DNA of 64,000 bases from an uncultured Planctomycetota bacterium. Lineage in GTDB: Bacteria > Planctomycetota > Planctomycetia > Isosphaerales > Isosphaeraceae. Positions 43,301-52,261 of the stretch are shown piece after piece. Below the pieces are notes generated by a model, which did not search any database, was not told the DNA's origin, and was given only the letters and a program-made list of their open reading frames with translations. The stretch covers positions 1,088,001 to 1,152,000 of the forward strand of contig CAWGMQ010000005.1 of the NCBI GenBank assembly GCA_963823665.1, given 5' to 3'. Position numbers and translations under genes: made by a program. Every line of letters starts with the position of its first letter. The stretch's first letter is position 1.

Positions 43301-43835
43301 CCGGAACGGGACCGGCCTGCGACCCCTGCTTCGCCGCGAAGTTTGGACGGCGCCCGATTGGCGGTGCATCTTCCCTCGCGCCGTGCAGAGTCCGCAGAAG
43401 TTCCTCGTACTCCGACTCGGAGTAAGGGTCCCCGCTCAGGTCGATTTTCGCCCTCCCGAAGAGCCACGTCGGCGCTGCCTCGACCCACTTCCCGCGCCGC
43501 AGCACCGGGATGAACTTTTTCTCGGCTTCACCGGTGAAGGCGTAGGCAGTCATGATGTCGCCCTCGTAACCAACCCCGCCGCCACGCCGGTCCGACTTCT
43601 CCTTGAATCGGTCTGTGCAGATGGCTATTACGAAGTCGTTCTCGCGCACGGCGCGCTCCATGAACGCCGGGATTTGGTCGCCAGGTGCGGCGTGCCAGCG
43701 GTCGAGCGTCACGTCGACGCCGTCCCGCCTCAGCCGACTGGCAAGTTGCTTGACCCACTCCTTGTGCGCGTCGTCGTCCCAGGAGTATGAAATGAAGGTT
43801 TTGGGGACTGTGGAATCGGTTTCAGGCGCGGTCAT
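40356..43835 (-). CDS. SEFIR/TIR + nSTAND1-type NTPase + FGE-sulfatase (SUMF1) domain protein
   Basis: KTFISYSWD...LDRW...FME; CPYRGL.AF, Walker A GPSGSGKS, Walker B FLFADQFEE, LPLLEFAL, VEVAHEA; C-terminal LPTEAQWEYAARGG, NPFGLHD..G.VWEWC, RGGSF. Confidence 0.85.
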   Translation of the reverse strand: MTAPETDSTVPKTFISYSWDDDAHKEWVKQLASRLRRDGVDVTLDRWHAAPGDQIPAFMERAVRENDFVIAICTDRFKEKSDRRGGGVGYEGDIMTAYAFTGEAEKKFIPVLRRGKWVEAAPTWLFGRAKIDLSGDPYSESEYEELLRTLHGAREDAPPIGRRPNFAAKQGSQAGPVPVPINRRAQSSAPRHQSSVTPYASDIPIVAPECPYRGLLAFREEDWECFCGRQRYVQQLVRMSHKPFVAVIGPSGSGKSSLMFAGLVRHLRTKENRLIAHFRPGNDPFGSLSAALVSASDPRLGIRERLRESSALARELMSENITVDGYINEMIRSRSDKRGFFLFADQFEELYSLCPDVEIRNLFLDSLLRVVDGRARRLSPDCILAITLCADFYGQALTHRTFSDLLQGSALNLPPMLREELRSVIEDPAKRCEVTFESGLVDRILDDVGNAPGNLPLLEFALELLWNHRSGDQLTHEAYRAIGGLSGAIAQRVDEEFETLSPAEQEMARSLFISLVRPGRPDEGSQDSRRRVTLGRSDESGVSGLVEALSNPKARLLVVDYDSETHSKTVEVAHEAVIQNWGRLRKWIDENRTRLQIRDELDNAAKAWCAAGRSEGGLPRGGQLAYFRNAYEPSEWAKEFLSRAMELESRREGELLEKERRLMDVRFLGDLRTLVEESKQMWPSTPDRISELEKWLATARSIAARLDEYRNKLNDFRRRAEPAIALPSVTEADDPPLLKKLATLVRRRQRLDDRIAGIAADGVGDASSLSLESMHKRRASLDGVINRLQLMIEEARPRSFLEEEDRHHHRVLLETVRRLSALTDDEHHEDSIENVESRLHHASQVYLRTIENYRQEWDDAIVCISDPTISPLYGGLRMRPQLGLVPVGRDSESGLSEFAFLRSGKVPRRHAGQRLILTESTAVIFVLIPAGTFRMGAIPPQDDFALGSPNVDPRAQPNESPVHAVSLDAFFISKYPMTQGQWRRITGRNPSISRPSHGNWSNPVSLLHPVENLSWFMCDRVLRRLGLALPTEAQWEYAARGGTSTVWWSGDDEGSLDGAGKLSEITHSPVGRSMANPFGLHDLVGGVWEWCKDSFGGYESPVQEADGERNVSSRRLRAQRGGSFLNTASSARSANRLSGPPGSRIIDLGVRPARRLDPL

Positions 43836-44108
43836 GGTCCCTCTTCATCGTTTTTACAACTAAATCATTCGGCGGTCACACCCGCATTGCCGGCCCCCTC
43901 GATGGGGCGAACACCAGCCTCCGGGCCCGTGTCTGGCTTTACGACCGGAACCACGTTCGGCTTGTTGGGTGGGGGCCACTCGCGGACCGGTGCCATCGCG
44001 TTCGAGTTTCCCTCGTACGCCCCGATCATCTCGCCGATCTCCTCCGAGGATTTAGAATATCGTCTCCCACTCCAACACTACTTTCGCAAGACAGACGACC
44101 CCGATTGC

Positions 44109-44225
44109 TCACCCTGTCGCCCAGTTCTCGAGCCGCGATCCCAGTACGGTGCTGAAATCGCCATCCTTCGTGACGAACGTGCAGTTGCCCAACACGAACG
44201 CGATCGCAGTCAGTTGCACATCGAC
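44109..44225 (-). pseudogene. C-terminal remnant of a VapC/PIN toxin
   Basis: Manual translation VDVQLTAIAFVLGNCTFVTKDGDFSTVLGSRLENWATG* fits the PIN tail pattern D..IAA.A......VT.D.DF......ENW. Confidence 0.6.
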
Positions 44226-44575
44226 GCCCCCAGGGGAGGGGAACAGGGACAGGTCCGTTTATGGCAATCTAGGCAACCGGTCTACTCTTCTCGTGCCTCG
44301 CTCGGATCGTTTTCCACCTTCCGCGGCCGCCCCGCCCGACGATAAGCCGACTCCGGTCCAAGCCGCTTCGCGTTCTCCTTCAGCCCCTCTGGCCGGACAG
44401 GGGCCCCTCCCTATACGCACCCGCGAAGTGCCTCCAATTCCCGCCCATCCCAATACACCACCTATTTTGCCAATACCGGACCTAACTCCGCATCCCTCTG
44501 TCCCTCTGACCCCGTTTCCCTCTCGCTCTAGGAGGGATTCGCCTCGATCGTTCGCGGGAACCGGGAAGCACCGGT

Positions 44576-44842
44576 TTACGAGGAAGCCTCAAGTCTCTTG
44601 CGGACGTCGGCCAGCGTCGAGACGCGACCCTCATTCGCTTCCCGTCGGCTCTCCTCGGCGAGTCTGCGAAACGACTCGTTCTCTTCGAGCAGGCGGTCTA
44701 TGAAGTCGGGATCGTCCGTGTGGATCGGGACGAGCTCGAATTTCGGTATCCCTCCAATCGTGACAATCACCGGAGATTGTTGGCACTCTTCGGCATAACC
44801 CTCAAGATTCGCCTTCGCCTCGCTCAGGTCGATCACTTTCAT
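44576..44842 (-). CDS. Phd/YefM-like antitoxin without an adjacent intact toxin
   Basis: MKVIDLSEAKANL..YAE......PVIVT..G.P..ELVP; RBS AGGAG. Confidence 0.7.
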   Translation of the reverse strand: MKVIDLSEAKANLEGYAEECQQSPVIVTIGGIPKFELVPIHTDDPDFIDRLLEENESFRRLAEESRREANEGRVSTLADVRKRLEASS

Positions 44843-45229
44843 GGGCGGAATGCTCCTCGCCTTGCACGATCACTCTCTTCAGGATACCGCAATCTTCGAG
44901 GCGTTGAAACGGGGACGGGCGTGGAAGCGAGGACGCCGCGAATCCCAGGACACTTGCACGCGCACCGTCGCGTGCCGCTGCATTCGGCAACGTCAATGCG
45001 CTTTCAGGGCAACTCGCCTTCGCCGCCGGTCTGTTGTAAGGTATCCGGTAGCAAACGGTGTGTTCCACAACGGAGTTTGGACCCGACGATGAATTCGCGC
45101 TATGTCCTTCGTGACGCGTCCGGGACAATTGCCGAGCAGTACTGCGAATCGATGAATTTCCTCATCGAGAAGCCGGTGATGGAGCTGGGCATCTTCGGGC
45201 TATCGGGTGGAATCCTCAGGAGCGTTGAA

Positions 45230-45532
45230 ATGATCCATTACCTGACGGTTGGGCATTTCGACGCGCAAGCGCTGCACGAATGCGCGGCCGTGGCGACCAC
45301 GCCGCTCGACCAGACAACAGTTCGCCGCGTGCTGGCCGAGTTCCCCGGCATCAAGGCCGAGCACAAGGACGGATGCCTGGTTCTTCCGTGGCACGGCCTC
45401 GGGCGTGTGAGCTTGAGCGAGGCATTCGCCCTTCGCCTGCACGAATTGACCGGTTGCTTGATCGCCGACCGGCGAAACGGGCGTCTCATCGAGCCGGCAG
45501 CCTTGTCGGGTAAGAAGAGGGCAGCAATCTAA
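45230..45532 (+). CDS. Hypothetical protein
   Basis: RBS AGGAG before ATG 45230; 100-aa globular-looking sequence. Confidence 0.5.
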   Translation: MIHYLTVGHFDAQALHECAAVATTPLDQTTVRRVLAEFPGIKAEHKDGCLVLPWHGLGRVSLSEAFALRLHELTGCLIADRRNGRLIEPAALSGKKRAAI

Positions 45533-45831
45533 GAGTTGACGTAAGTCAACCGTCGGATTTGGCCTGCCGAGGCGTGTCGTCGACCCTGCCGTAACCCACT
45601 GGTATCCCTGCGTGACGCGCTGTGTCCTCCCGCTTCGTTACCTCCGTTTGCTTCTGTTCAAGACTGGTTCTGAACGGGCATGACACGCCTCCCATCCGAA
45701 TTCATTCCGTGAAGATCCGTGTCGTCCGTGGTTAATCACCATTTCAGATTCGCAACTCACCGATTCAGCATCCCCGCCGAGTCCGCCTCTCGCCGTCCCA
45801 TCGCGTCGCCTGTCCTTGCGCTCCACCGTTT

Positions 45832-46299
45832 TTACTGAATCCGGTCCCAGATCTGGGCATCGATGCCGGGGAAACGGATCAAATGGGCCAGATTCGTCGT
45901 CGCGATCGTGACAGTATCGCCTGGCCGGCTGGCCAGCGCCGCTTGGCCGGCAAGGATGGCATCAGCGTCGAGAGAGTCGGGCGACGCGGTCGGGATGCCC
46001 GCCTGTCGCAGGAACGCCCAGAACTCCGCAGCCTTGATGATCGCGTCGGTTGTCAGGGTCAAGTGTCTCAAGCCACCGCTGGGATCGAGATAGTACTCGA
46101 GGCGTCGGAGGCTGCCGACGGCGCGGATCCGGAAGAGTTCGCGGCGGACTTCGTAATGGGCGATCTCGGGGATGATTACGGTCGCGCCGGTTGCCGAGAT
46201 GGTCTTGAGCCACGTGACGCAACGAACGACTTGTGGCTTGCTGGGAGCACGAACAATCAGGCCGAGCGGTCCGCTGTCCAGCAGGATCAGCCGCGCCGT
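45832..46299 (-). CDS. PIN-domain toxin; apparent start codon reads ACG
   Basis: ILLDSGPLG, IPEIAHYEVRREL, AAEFWA, LDADAILAGQA, IATTN..HL; begins 2 nt after the antitoxin stop. Confidence 0.75.
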   Translation of the reverse strand, partial: TARLILLDSGPLGLIVRAPSKPQVVRCVTWLKTISATGATVIIPEIAHYEVRRELFRIRAVGSLRRLEYYLDPSGGLRHLTLTTDAIIKAAEFWAFLRQAGIPTASPDSLDADAILAGQAALASRPGDTVTIATTNLAHLIRFPGIDAQIWDRIQ

Positions 46300-46301
46300 G
46301 A

Positions 46302-46586
46302 CTAATAGAGGCCTTCGAAGAGTTTGCGATGCGGGCGCTGCGCGTCGAGATCGCGCATGGCTTCCTCCCATGCCCCAGGTGGGTCTTCGTCAGGCATCGC
46401 CAGCATTCGCTCGACCAGGTCGGCGATGGCCTTGGCATTCCGAGCCTGTTCCTCCGGAGTGATCGGGAGAACGCGGCCTGTGGAGTCGTTGCAGGGGACA
46501 CGACGCGGAGAAGACGCGCCGGCATGACCCTGCAGGGCGGCTTCCTCAACCGTGCTCACGTCGGGATCATCATCGAGCATACCCAT
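46302..46586 (-). CDS. Putative antitoxin of the PIN toxin
   Basis: Acidic 94-aa ORF ending LDAQRPHRKLFEGLY immediately upstream of the PIN gene. Confidence 0.65.
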   Translation of the reverse strand: MGMLDDDPDVSTVEEAALQGHAGASSPRRVPCNDSTGRVLPITPEEQARNAKAIADLVERMLAMPDEDPPGAWEEAMRDLDAQRPHRKLFEGLY

Positions 46587-46794
46587 TGTCTAGCTCCCGC
46601 ACGCTTGAGATCGCAACGATCCACTGATTATATGCCATCCCGCCTCGGCACGGGAGGTTGAGAAAAGCGCGCACAGTCGGCTGAGCCAGCGGCCGAGGGA
46701 GTTGGCCTCTGGCAGTGATCGGCCACATCGACACCAAGACCGCGCGGCCAGCCGCCTGGTCTCATTCTTCTTCGCGATCCACTACCGAATCGCT

Positions 46795-47060
46795 TTACTG
46801 GAATATCCCTTCGATTCGTCGATCGCGCTCGGCGGCATTCGCAATGTCAAAATCCTTCTGCATTTTCCGGTCCGCCTCCCAAGCCGCTTCCTCCTCCGGC
46901 GTCATCACGATAGGTTCCAAGCTGTGATACCAACGAAGCCACGCTTGAATCTCCTCGGGAGTCTCGGGACATTCGCCGTCGTATTCTGACTTGCGGTTCG
47001 ATCCGAGTTCGACACGCACGGGCGTCCCATCAGGCCAGTTCGGCGGGGCATCGACCACCC
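46795..47060 (-). pseudogene. Antitoxin-like fragment lacking a clear start
   Basis: VVDAPPNWPDGTPVRVE...ETPEEIQAWL.WY.SLEP.VMTPEEEAAW resembles planctomycete antitoxins. Confidence 0.45.
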
Positions 47061-47300
47061 GGAACAATGAGCAGTGACCCCGTCTCGACTCGGATCGGGG
47101 GACACCATACCGGACTCCGGCCCACGTATCGTCCGACAGGGCGATTTCCATCGCATCACCCTCTGCCGTGGCGGAGATTCGGCGCTAAATAGCCGCAATT
47201 CGTGCAAAATCCCGACAATTCCCGGAAAATGCGTACGTCACGAGTGCAGATTACAAAACATCTTCAATAATAATTTACGTGACTTGTCGTCGCCGCAATA

Positions 47301-47350
47301 CGCCCGGTTTGCAACCACGAGGTTCCACTTTCGGTCCCGGTCGTCTCCAC
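47301..47350 (+). pseudogene. Second, more degenerate tRNA-Ala(TGC) 3' fragment
   Basis: CG CCCGG TT-TGC-AA CCACG AGGTT CCACT TTCGGTC CCGGT CGTCTCC A; aligns without gaps to the 31899 fragment. Confidence 0.55.
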
Positions 47351-47507
47351 TTAATATCAAGCCGAATTCCAGGTTATGTCAGCCAATCATTCGGCGAGCT
47401 TTCGCGCCTGCTTGAAGCGACAATCCGAGGTTTTTCTCGCCATTTCCGAGACCCCTAACTGCCCTGGACAAGTTGTTCCGCCGATCGCGCCCTGCTATTC
47501 ATGAGGC

Positions 47508-48039
47508 ATGAGCTCGCCACGAGGATTGAAACGTATCATCACACGCGTCGCGGCAGCCGCGAAAGGGCTCGCCGCCGTCGGCTCGCTTTTCCGCTATCCC
47601 CGCAGACCCCGCAAAGCATGCCGTTCGGTCGGCACACGAATGGGAGGAGGTCGGCGAAGCCTACGTCCAGAAGCGAATGCGCCAGCTCAGAGTTCCAGAA
47701 CGGCAAATCGGCGTCCGGCGACGCGAGCGCAATTACCGGCGCGTCGCAATCATTCCCAGCGAACGAGATGGCGGCGGTATCACGCCCGACGGCATCAACG
47801 TAGACAGCGGCGTGTTGAACCCGCAGCTCAACGCGGAGGAAATCGGCCCGCGCGCCTCGGCGATCTGGGAAAAGGCTCGCTCGCGGGACCGCATCGACGC
47901 CGTGATCGCTCACGAACACGAGGAAAGCATCACAGGCACCCACAAGGGCGCCGAGATGCGCGCGGCGGACACCGCTTTGCCGATCAGCGACAATGCTCGG
48001 CGCATCCTCCGTGCCATAGCCGACCGGGATAACCAATGA
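47508..48039 (+). pseudogene. Planctomycete hypothetical protein (DPAxHA...RDRIDAxIAHEHEE), frameshift near 47580
   Basis: The 47677 frame extends upstream as ARFSAIPADPAKHA...; the likely ATG (47508) is in another frame. Confidence 0.5.
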
Positions 48040-48296
48040 GGACGCCGCTGAAGCTCCTCTCGCCGCTTATCGGCTTCTTCGGTTAGGCGGTAGAGCGCCT
48101 CTGGCCCACCGGCGAACGTGGAGACAGGTTCCATCAGCCGCGCGGTCACAAGTTCCCGATAGGCTCGCCTCGTCTGCTCAACACTCCCGCCCGGCAATGA
48201 TTCCGGTCGGCTCCGCCGCATTGAAAGCGGATGGCCGCCGAAGTGCAGCCGAAGAAGCTTCCGGGCGTCTTCGGATAGGTCGAGTCGATCCGCCAT
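47910..48296 (-). CDS. Winged-helix-like hypothetical protein, convergent and 3'-overlapping
   Basis: LSEDARKLLRLH...AYRELVTARLMEPV...YRLTE; RBS GGAGG; same family as 30560-30876. Confidence 0.55.
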   Translation of the reverse strand: MADRLDLSEDARKLLRLHFGGHPLSMRRSRPESLPGGSVEQTRRAYRELVTARLMEPVSTFAGGPEALYRLTEEADKRREELQRRPHWLSRSAMARRMRRALSLIGKAVSAARISAPLWVPVMLSSCS

Positions 48297-48487
48297 CTGC
48301 CTGCCTCCGTGACTTTGGCGAGGCCACCCCGATGAGGTGGCACTACAGTATTATACCAAGAAGTTGCTCGCGAGGGCCGCCCAGTCGAATTCCGGACAAC
48401 TCATGAGCTTCAGTGCCGAGGCACCAGAGAGACGGTGAGCCGCGCGAAAAGAAAGGAGATCTCTAGAAGCGCTGCAAACGCACGAAG

Positions 48488-49249
48488 TCAGCTCGTCTCG
48501 GGTAACCGCCCTTCGAGAGCAGCGCGATAGAATTCGGGCACGCCGCGGTACGTGCTCTGGTAAGTTGGCTCGAGCGGCACGTTGACATAACGGTCAGTCC
48601 GGAGGAACAGCGGCATATCTGCCAGCGCCGAACCGCCGACCAGATGTTCGAGGTAGATCTCTATCTCCAGCCCGGCAACGTAGCTCGCCATTGTGAGCGG
48701 CGAACCGGCCGGTAGGACGTATGGCTCACTGTACTGGTCCAAGGCTTGGACAATGGAACCATGAATGCCGGCAAGGTCATGCGCGCCAGGCGGAAGGAGA
48801 TCGATCAGAAGTACGTGAACGCCTCGCTCCAGCGCGGCCACGGCCTTCCCGACCAGTTCTTCGACGTGTGGACCGCGATCCTTGTTCGCCGGCGACACGA
48901 TCTCGATCAAGGCGATCAATCGATGCCCGCTGACATGCCGAATTGCCAACGAGCGGCGCCGGCCCAGAGTCGACAGTTCCACCGTCTGCTTCCGCAACAC
49001 TCGCGGTGGCGCTTCAGCAACGGCAATCCCGCCGGTATCCGGCGGCGTCCATGCTGGGCCCTGCACTTCGGGGCTAGCGTGAAGTGTCAGGACGTCCGCG
49101 ATCGCGCGGCCGGCGTGCTGCTCCGCCAACGCGTAATACCCCCTCGGCAACAATCCTTCGTTCAGTACGTTTCTCAGGGCGCCAGTCCAGACCGTGTGAA
49201 AGTCATCGAAGATTCCGGCCGCAACGCGGGTCCAGTCATGGACGGGCAT
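48488..49249 (-). CDS. DUF4058 family protein
   Basis: MPVHDWTRV.AGIF.DFH, ALIEIVSPANK, GVHVLLIDL, MPLFL....VNVPLE.TY. Confidence 0.85.
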   Translation of the reverse strand: MPVHDWTRVAAGIFDDFHTVWTGALRNVLNEGLLPRGYYALAEQHAGRAIADVLTLHASPEVQGPAWTPPDTGGIAVAEAPPRVLRKQTVELSTLGRRRSLAIRHVSGHRLIALIEIVSPANKDRGPHVEELVGKAVAALERGVHVLLIDLLPPGAHDLAGIHGSIVQALDQYSEPYVLPAGSPLTMASYVAGLEIEIYLEHLVGGSALADMPLFLRTDRYVNVPLEPTYQSTYRGVPEFYRAALEGRLPETS

Positions 49250-49343
49250 GGTCTGCTCTCCGAGTAACTCAGCCTATTGTACACTCGCTAATTCGCCGCG
49301 GAACATTCGAATACGGCGTGCGGCCGCCACATCAACCGCGAGA

Positions 49344-51011
49344 TCATCGGGATTGAGCGGACGACGCCTTCGCCCGGGCCAGGACTGGGATCGGGGTGCG
49401 GTCGGCCATCAGGGTCAAGAGTGCCGCGGCGGTGCAGAAGGTGCGGCCCGAGATGTAATGAGCTCCGGTCCAGCTCCCGTCGCCGTTCTGCATCCGGTCG
49501 AGCGTCGCGGTCATCGGCGAATCCCAGTGCCGCCATGGATCACCGCCTTTAACGGCCAAGCTCTCGGCGATCATCATGTAGCTCAGGAATTCGTCGCCGC
49601 CGATCGTGCCCAAGCCGGCGAGGAAGCCCCGATGGCCCAGCCTCGCGATGACGCCCGCCTGGGCCTCCTGTTGGAGCTTCTCCGACTCGGCGATCCGCGC
49701 GAGGTTCTTCTCGGCCGCGGCCCGCTCCTTCGCGTCCTCGGAATGGGCGGCCTGATCGCGGAGCCTCGGCATCTCTGCCCGGGCCGTGTTCACCGAGTCC
49801 TGCAACAGGCCCAGGGTGGCCGCCCGGCTATAGAGCTCGGCTCCTCCACTCTTCCAGATCGTCAGCATGACCTCGGGAGAAACCGCGTGCGGCATCGACA
49901 GACCGCCGCCCGCCACCCTTCCCGTCGTCGTGCGCCCCTTGGTCGTCGTCCGCCCCTTCGTCGTCGTCCGCTCCTTGGTTCGAGAGGGTTGAGGCACCGC
50001 GCTATCCGCGGCCCTCGACGGGCTCGTTCCCGCGTCCAGCGACGCCGAGCCGTACCGCGCCCGCTGTCGGAACGATTCCTGGACGATCTCTCGCGAGAAT
50101 CTCCACACCCTCACCCAGTTCGATGGCTCAATAGGTGGCGTCACCCCGGACAGATCCTTGTAAGCCTTACGTGCGCCGTCCTCCACTCGGGCCAGAGCGA
50201 AATCGGAGACAACCGCCCCGGCCTGGCGTGCACGATTGAGCCCCTTCCCGCACGTCGCGGCCGCCAGGATCCACTCCCAACCCGCGAGGTCGTCCGGCGC
50301 AGGCGGCATCCGGGTTCCTTTCGTGACCGACTCCGAAAGGGCGCGTGTCCATGCGGGGAATCCGAACGGATCGTCTTGCATCACGTGCCGTTCGATCTGG
50401 CCGATCACCTTCTCCAGGGTGCGGTCGACGACGGCTTCACTCGCGGAAGAGGACATGTGCCCCTTGACCTCGGCCAGGAGCACGCAGGCCAGGTAGGTGT
50501 CGAGGTAGGGTCCGATTCTCCTCTGGGGCGGCGTGTTGTACCCAACCGGAGTGGCAGCGAGCGACTCGGGATCGAATGTTTCGAGCTGGGTGCAGACGTA
50601 CTCCACGCCCTGGGCGATCGGACCGCCGTACGGCCCCTCGCGCGGCGTACTCCCCGATCGGATGAGCGCCAGGCATGCGATGCAGGTGCTGACCAATTCC
50701 GGCGTCTCGGAACGGATATTCAGGTCCACCGCCCTGGACACCTCGCCCGCGCCCCACCCGCCGCCGGGGAGTTGACTCTCCACCAGCCATTCGAGGCCCC
50801 TCCTGACCGGCCGGCTCAGCGGCCTGGGCTCCATGGCCGTCTTCCAGGCCGTCGCGTCTCGGCCGCCGGGCCGCTCACCCCCGTCGGCCGGGGTAACTTC
50901 CTGCCTGCCGGGCTCATCACCTCCCCTGGCCGAGCCAGCAGATGAGATCCCCCAGGCCGCGACGCACGCCAGCGGCACGACCAGCGCCAGGACTCGCCTT
51001 CGGTCTCTCAT
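49344..51011 (-). CDS. Exported prenyltransferase/squalene-oxidase (alpha/alpha toroid) repeat protein
   Basis: RGLEWLVESQ..GGGW and MQNGDGSWTG.H.ISGRTFCT motifs; signal peptide. Confidence 0.75.
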   Translation of the reverse strand: MRDRRRVLALVVPLACVAAWGISSAGSARGGDEPGRQEVTPADGGERPGGRDATAWKTAMEPRPLSRPVRRGLEWLVESQLPGGGWGAGEVSRAVDLNIRSETPELVSTCIACLALIRSGSTPREGPYGGPIAQGVEYVCTQLETFDPESLAATPVGYNTPPQRRIGPYLDTYLACVLLAEVKGHMSSSASEAVVDRTLEKVIGQIERHVMQDDPFGFPAWTRALSESVTKGTRMPPAPDDLAGWEWILAAATCGKGLNRARQAGAVVSDFALARVEDGARKAYKDLSGVTPPIEPSNWVRVWRFSREIVQESFRQRARYGSASLDAGTSPSRAADSAVPQPSRTKERTTTKGRTTTKGRTTTGRVAGGGLSMPHAVSPEVMLTIWKSGGAELYSRAATLGLLQDSVNTARAEMPRLRDQAAHSEDAKERAAAEKNLARIAESEKLQQEAQAGVIARLGHRGFLAGLGTIGGDEFLSYMMIAESLAVKGGDPWRHWDSPMTATLDRMQNGDGSWTGAHYISGRTFCTAAALLTLMADRTPIPVLARAKASSAQSR

Positions 51012-51233
51012 CGGAAACGTCTCCTCTGAAAGGTGCGGTCACACCTCCTCCGACCCGATCCGTTCATTGTGAGATCCTTGAGGATGTCCCCGTCAGCATC
51101 CCCGGAACCGGCTTGCAGGTCCGATTCAGACTCATTCATGCTACAATGCCCGGGGTCCGGCGCAAAGCCCGACCTTTGTCCGTGGCATTCCGCTCGAGCT
51201 TACAACGAGCCGCTGCATGCTAGGAGCGAATGG

Positions 51234-52097
51234 ATGGCAATCAAGACGAGTTGCATCGCCGTTCTCGCGGCCTGTCTGGGTGTGTCTTCCGCGTTCGCGC
51301 AGGAGACGACGCCACGATTCAAGGTGATTGCTTTCTACACCGGGAAGGCGGATGCCGCGCACATTAGCTTCGTGAAGGAAGCGAGGCCGTGGTTTGCCCG
51401 GATGGCCGCCGAGCACCACTTCTCGTTTACGTCCACGCAAGACTGGGACAACCTGAATCGGGAGTTTCTCGCCCCGTACCAGGTGGTCGTGTTTCTGGAC
51501 ACGAGACCGGACTCGCCACGACAGCGCGAGGCATTCCAGGAGTACATGAAGAACGGCGGCGCCTGGATGGGCTTTCACTTCTCCGCGTTCGCGCTCACTC
51601 CCTCGAAATACCCGCAGAACTGGGACTGGTATCACAACGAGTTCCTGGGCTCCGGCATGTATGTCGGGAACACATGGAGACCCACCTCGGCGATCCTTCG
51701 GGTGGAGGACACCCAGCACCCCGCGACCGTCGGATTGCCGGCCACTTTCAAGAGTGCCCCCAACGAATGGTACAAGTGGTCCACGGATCTGAGAACCAAC
51801 TCGAATATCCGGATCCTGGCCTCGATCGATCCGGCCAGCTTCCCCCTGGGCACCGGGCCGAAGAAGCACGAAATCTGGCACAACGGATACTATCCTGTCG
51901 TCTGGGCAAACCAGAAATACCGCATGATCTACTTCAACATGGGCCATAACGACTTGGACTATGGAACCAGACCCAGTAAGGAGCTGTCCTCCACATTCGC
52001 CAGCGAAGTGCAAGACCGCCTGATTCTCAATGCGCTGGAATGGCTGGGCACGGGGAAGAAGCCGCAAAGCCCCGGCGGCAACCAGCCCGGCAAGTGA
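51234..52097 (+). CDS. ThuA-like (class I glutamine amidotransferase fold) exported protein
   Basis: AFQEYMKNGGAWMGFH, VED..HP.T.GLP, EWY.W, YFNMGH; signal peptide. Confidence 0.85.
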   Translation: MAIKTSCIAVLAACLGVSSAFAQETTPRFKVIAFYTGKADAAHISFVKEARPWFARMAAEHHFSFTSTQDWDNLNREFLAPYQVVVFLDTRPDSPRQREAFQEYMKNGGAWMGFHFSAFALTPSKYPQNWDWYHNEFLGSGMYVGNTWRPTSAILRVEDTQHPATVGLPATFKSAPNEWYKWSTDLRTNSNIRILASIDPASFPLGTGPKKHEIWHNGYYPVVWANQKYRMIYFNMGHNDLDYGTRPSKELSSTFASEVQDRLILNALEWLGTGKKPQSPGGNQPGK

Positions 52098-52261
52098 AGC
52101 GCACGTGCGACTTGCCAAAACGATTCGGCGTTCTAGGTTAATGGCGAGACGGAGTTCTCGAACATGACGTTGACGCCGTTCTCACTCCCGGCCGGGTCAT
52201 GCGCCGAGGTAAGACCTCTCGGATCACTTGGTGCGCCTTTCATTCGGAGCGGCTTGCGCCG

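Noticed and set aside
47908..47925. AHEHEE as a zinc-protease HExxH motif
   Set aside because: The fifth residue is Glu, not His.
49923..49978. 18-bp tandem repeat encoding TTKGRT
   Set aside because: Short slippage expansion in a linker; no evidence of function.
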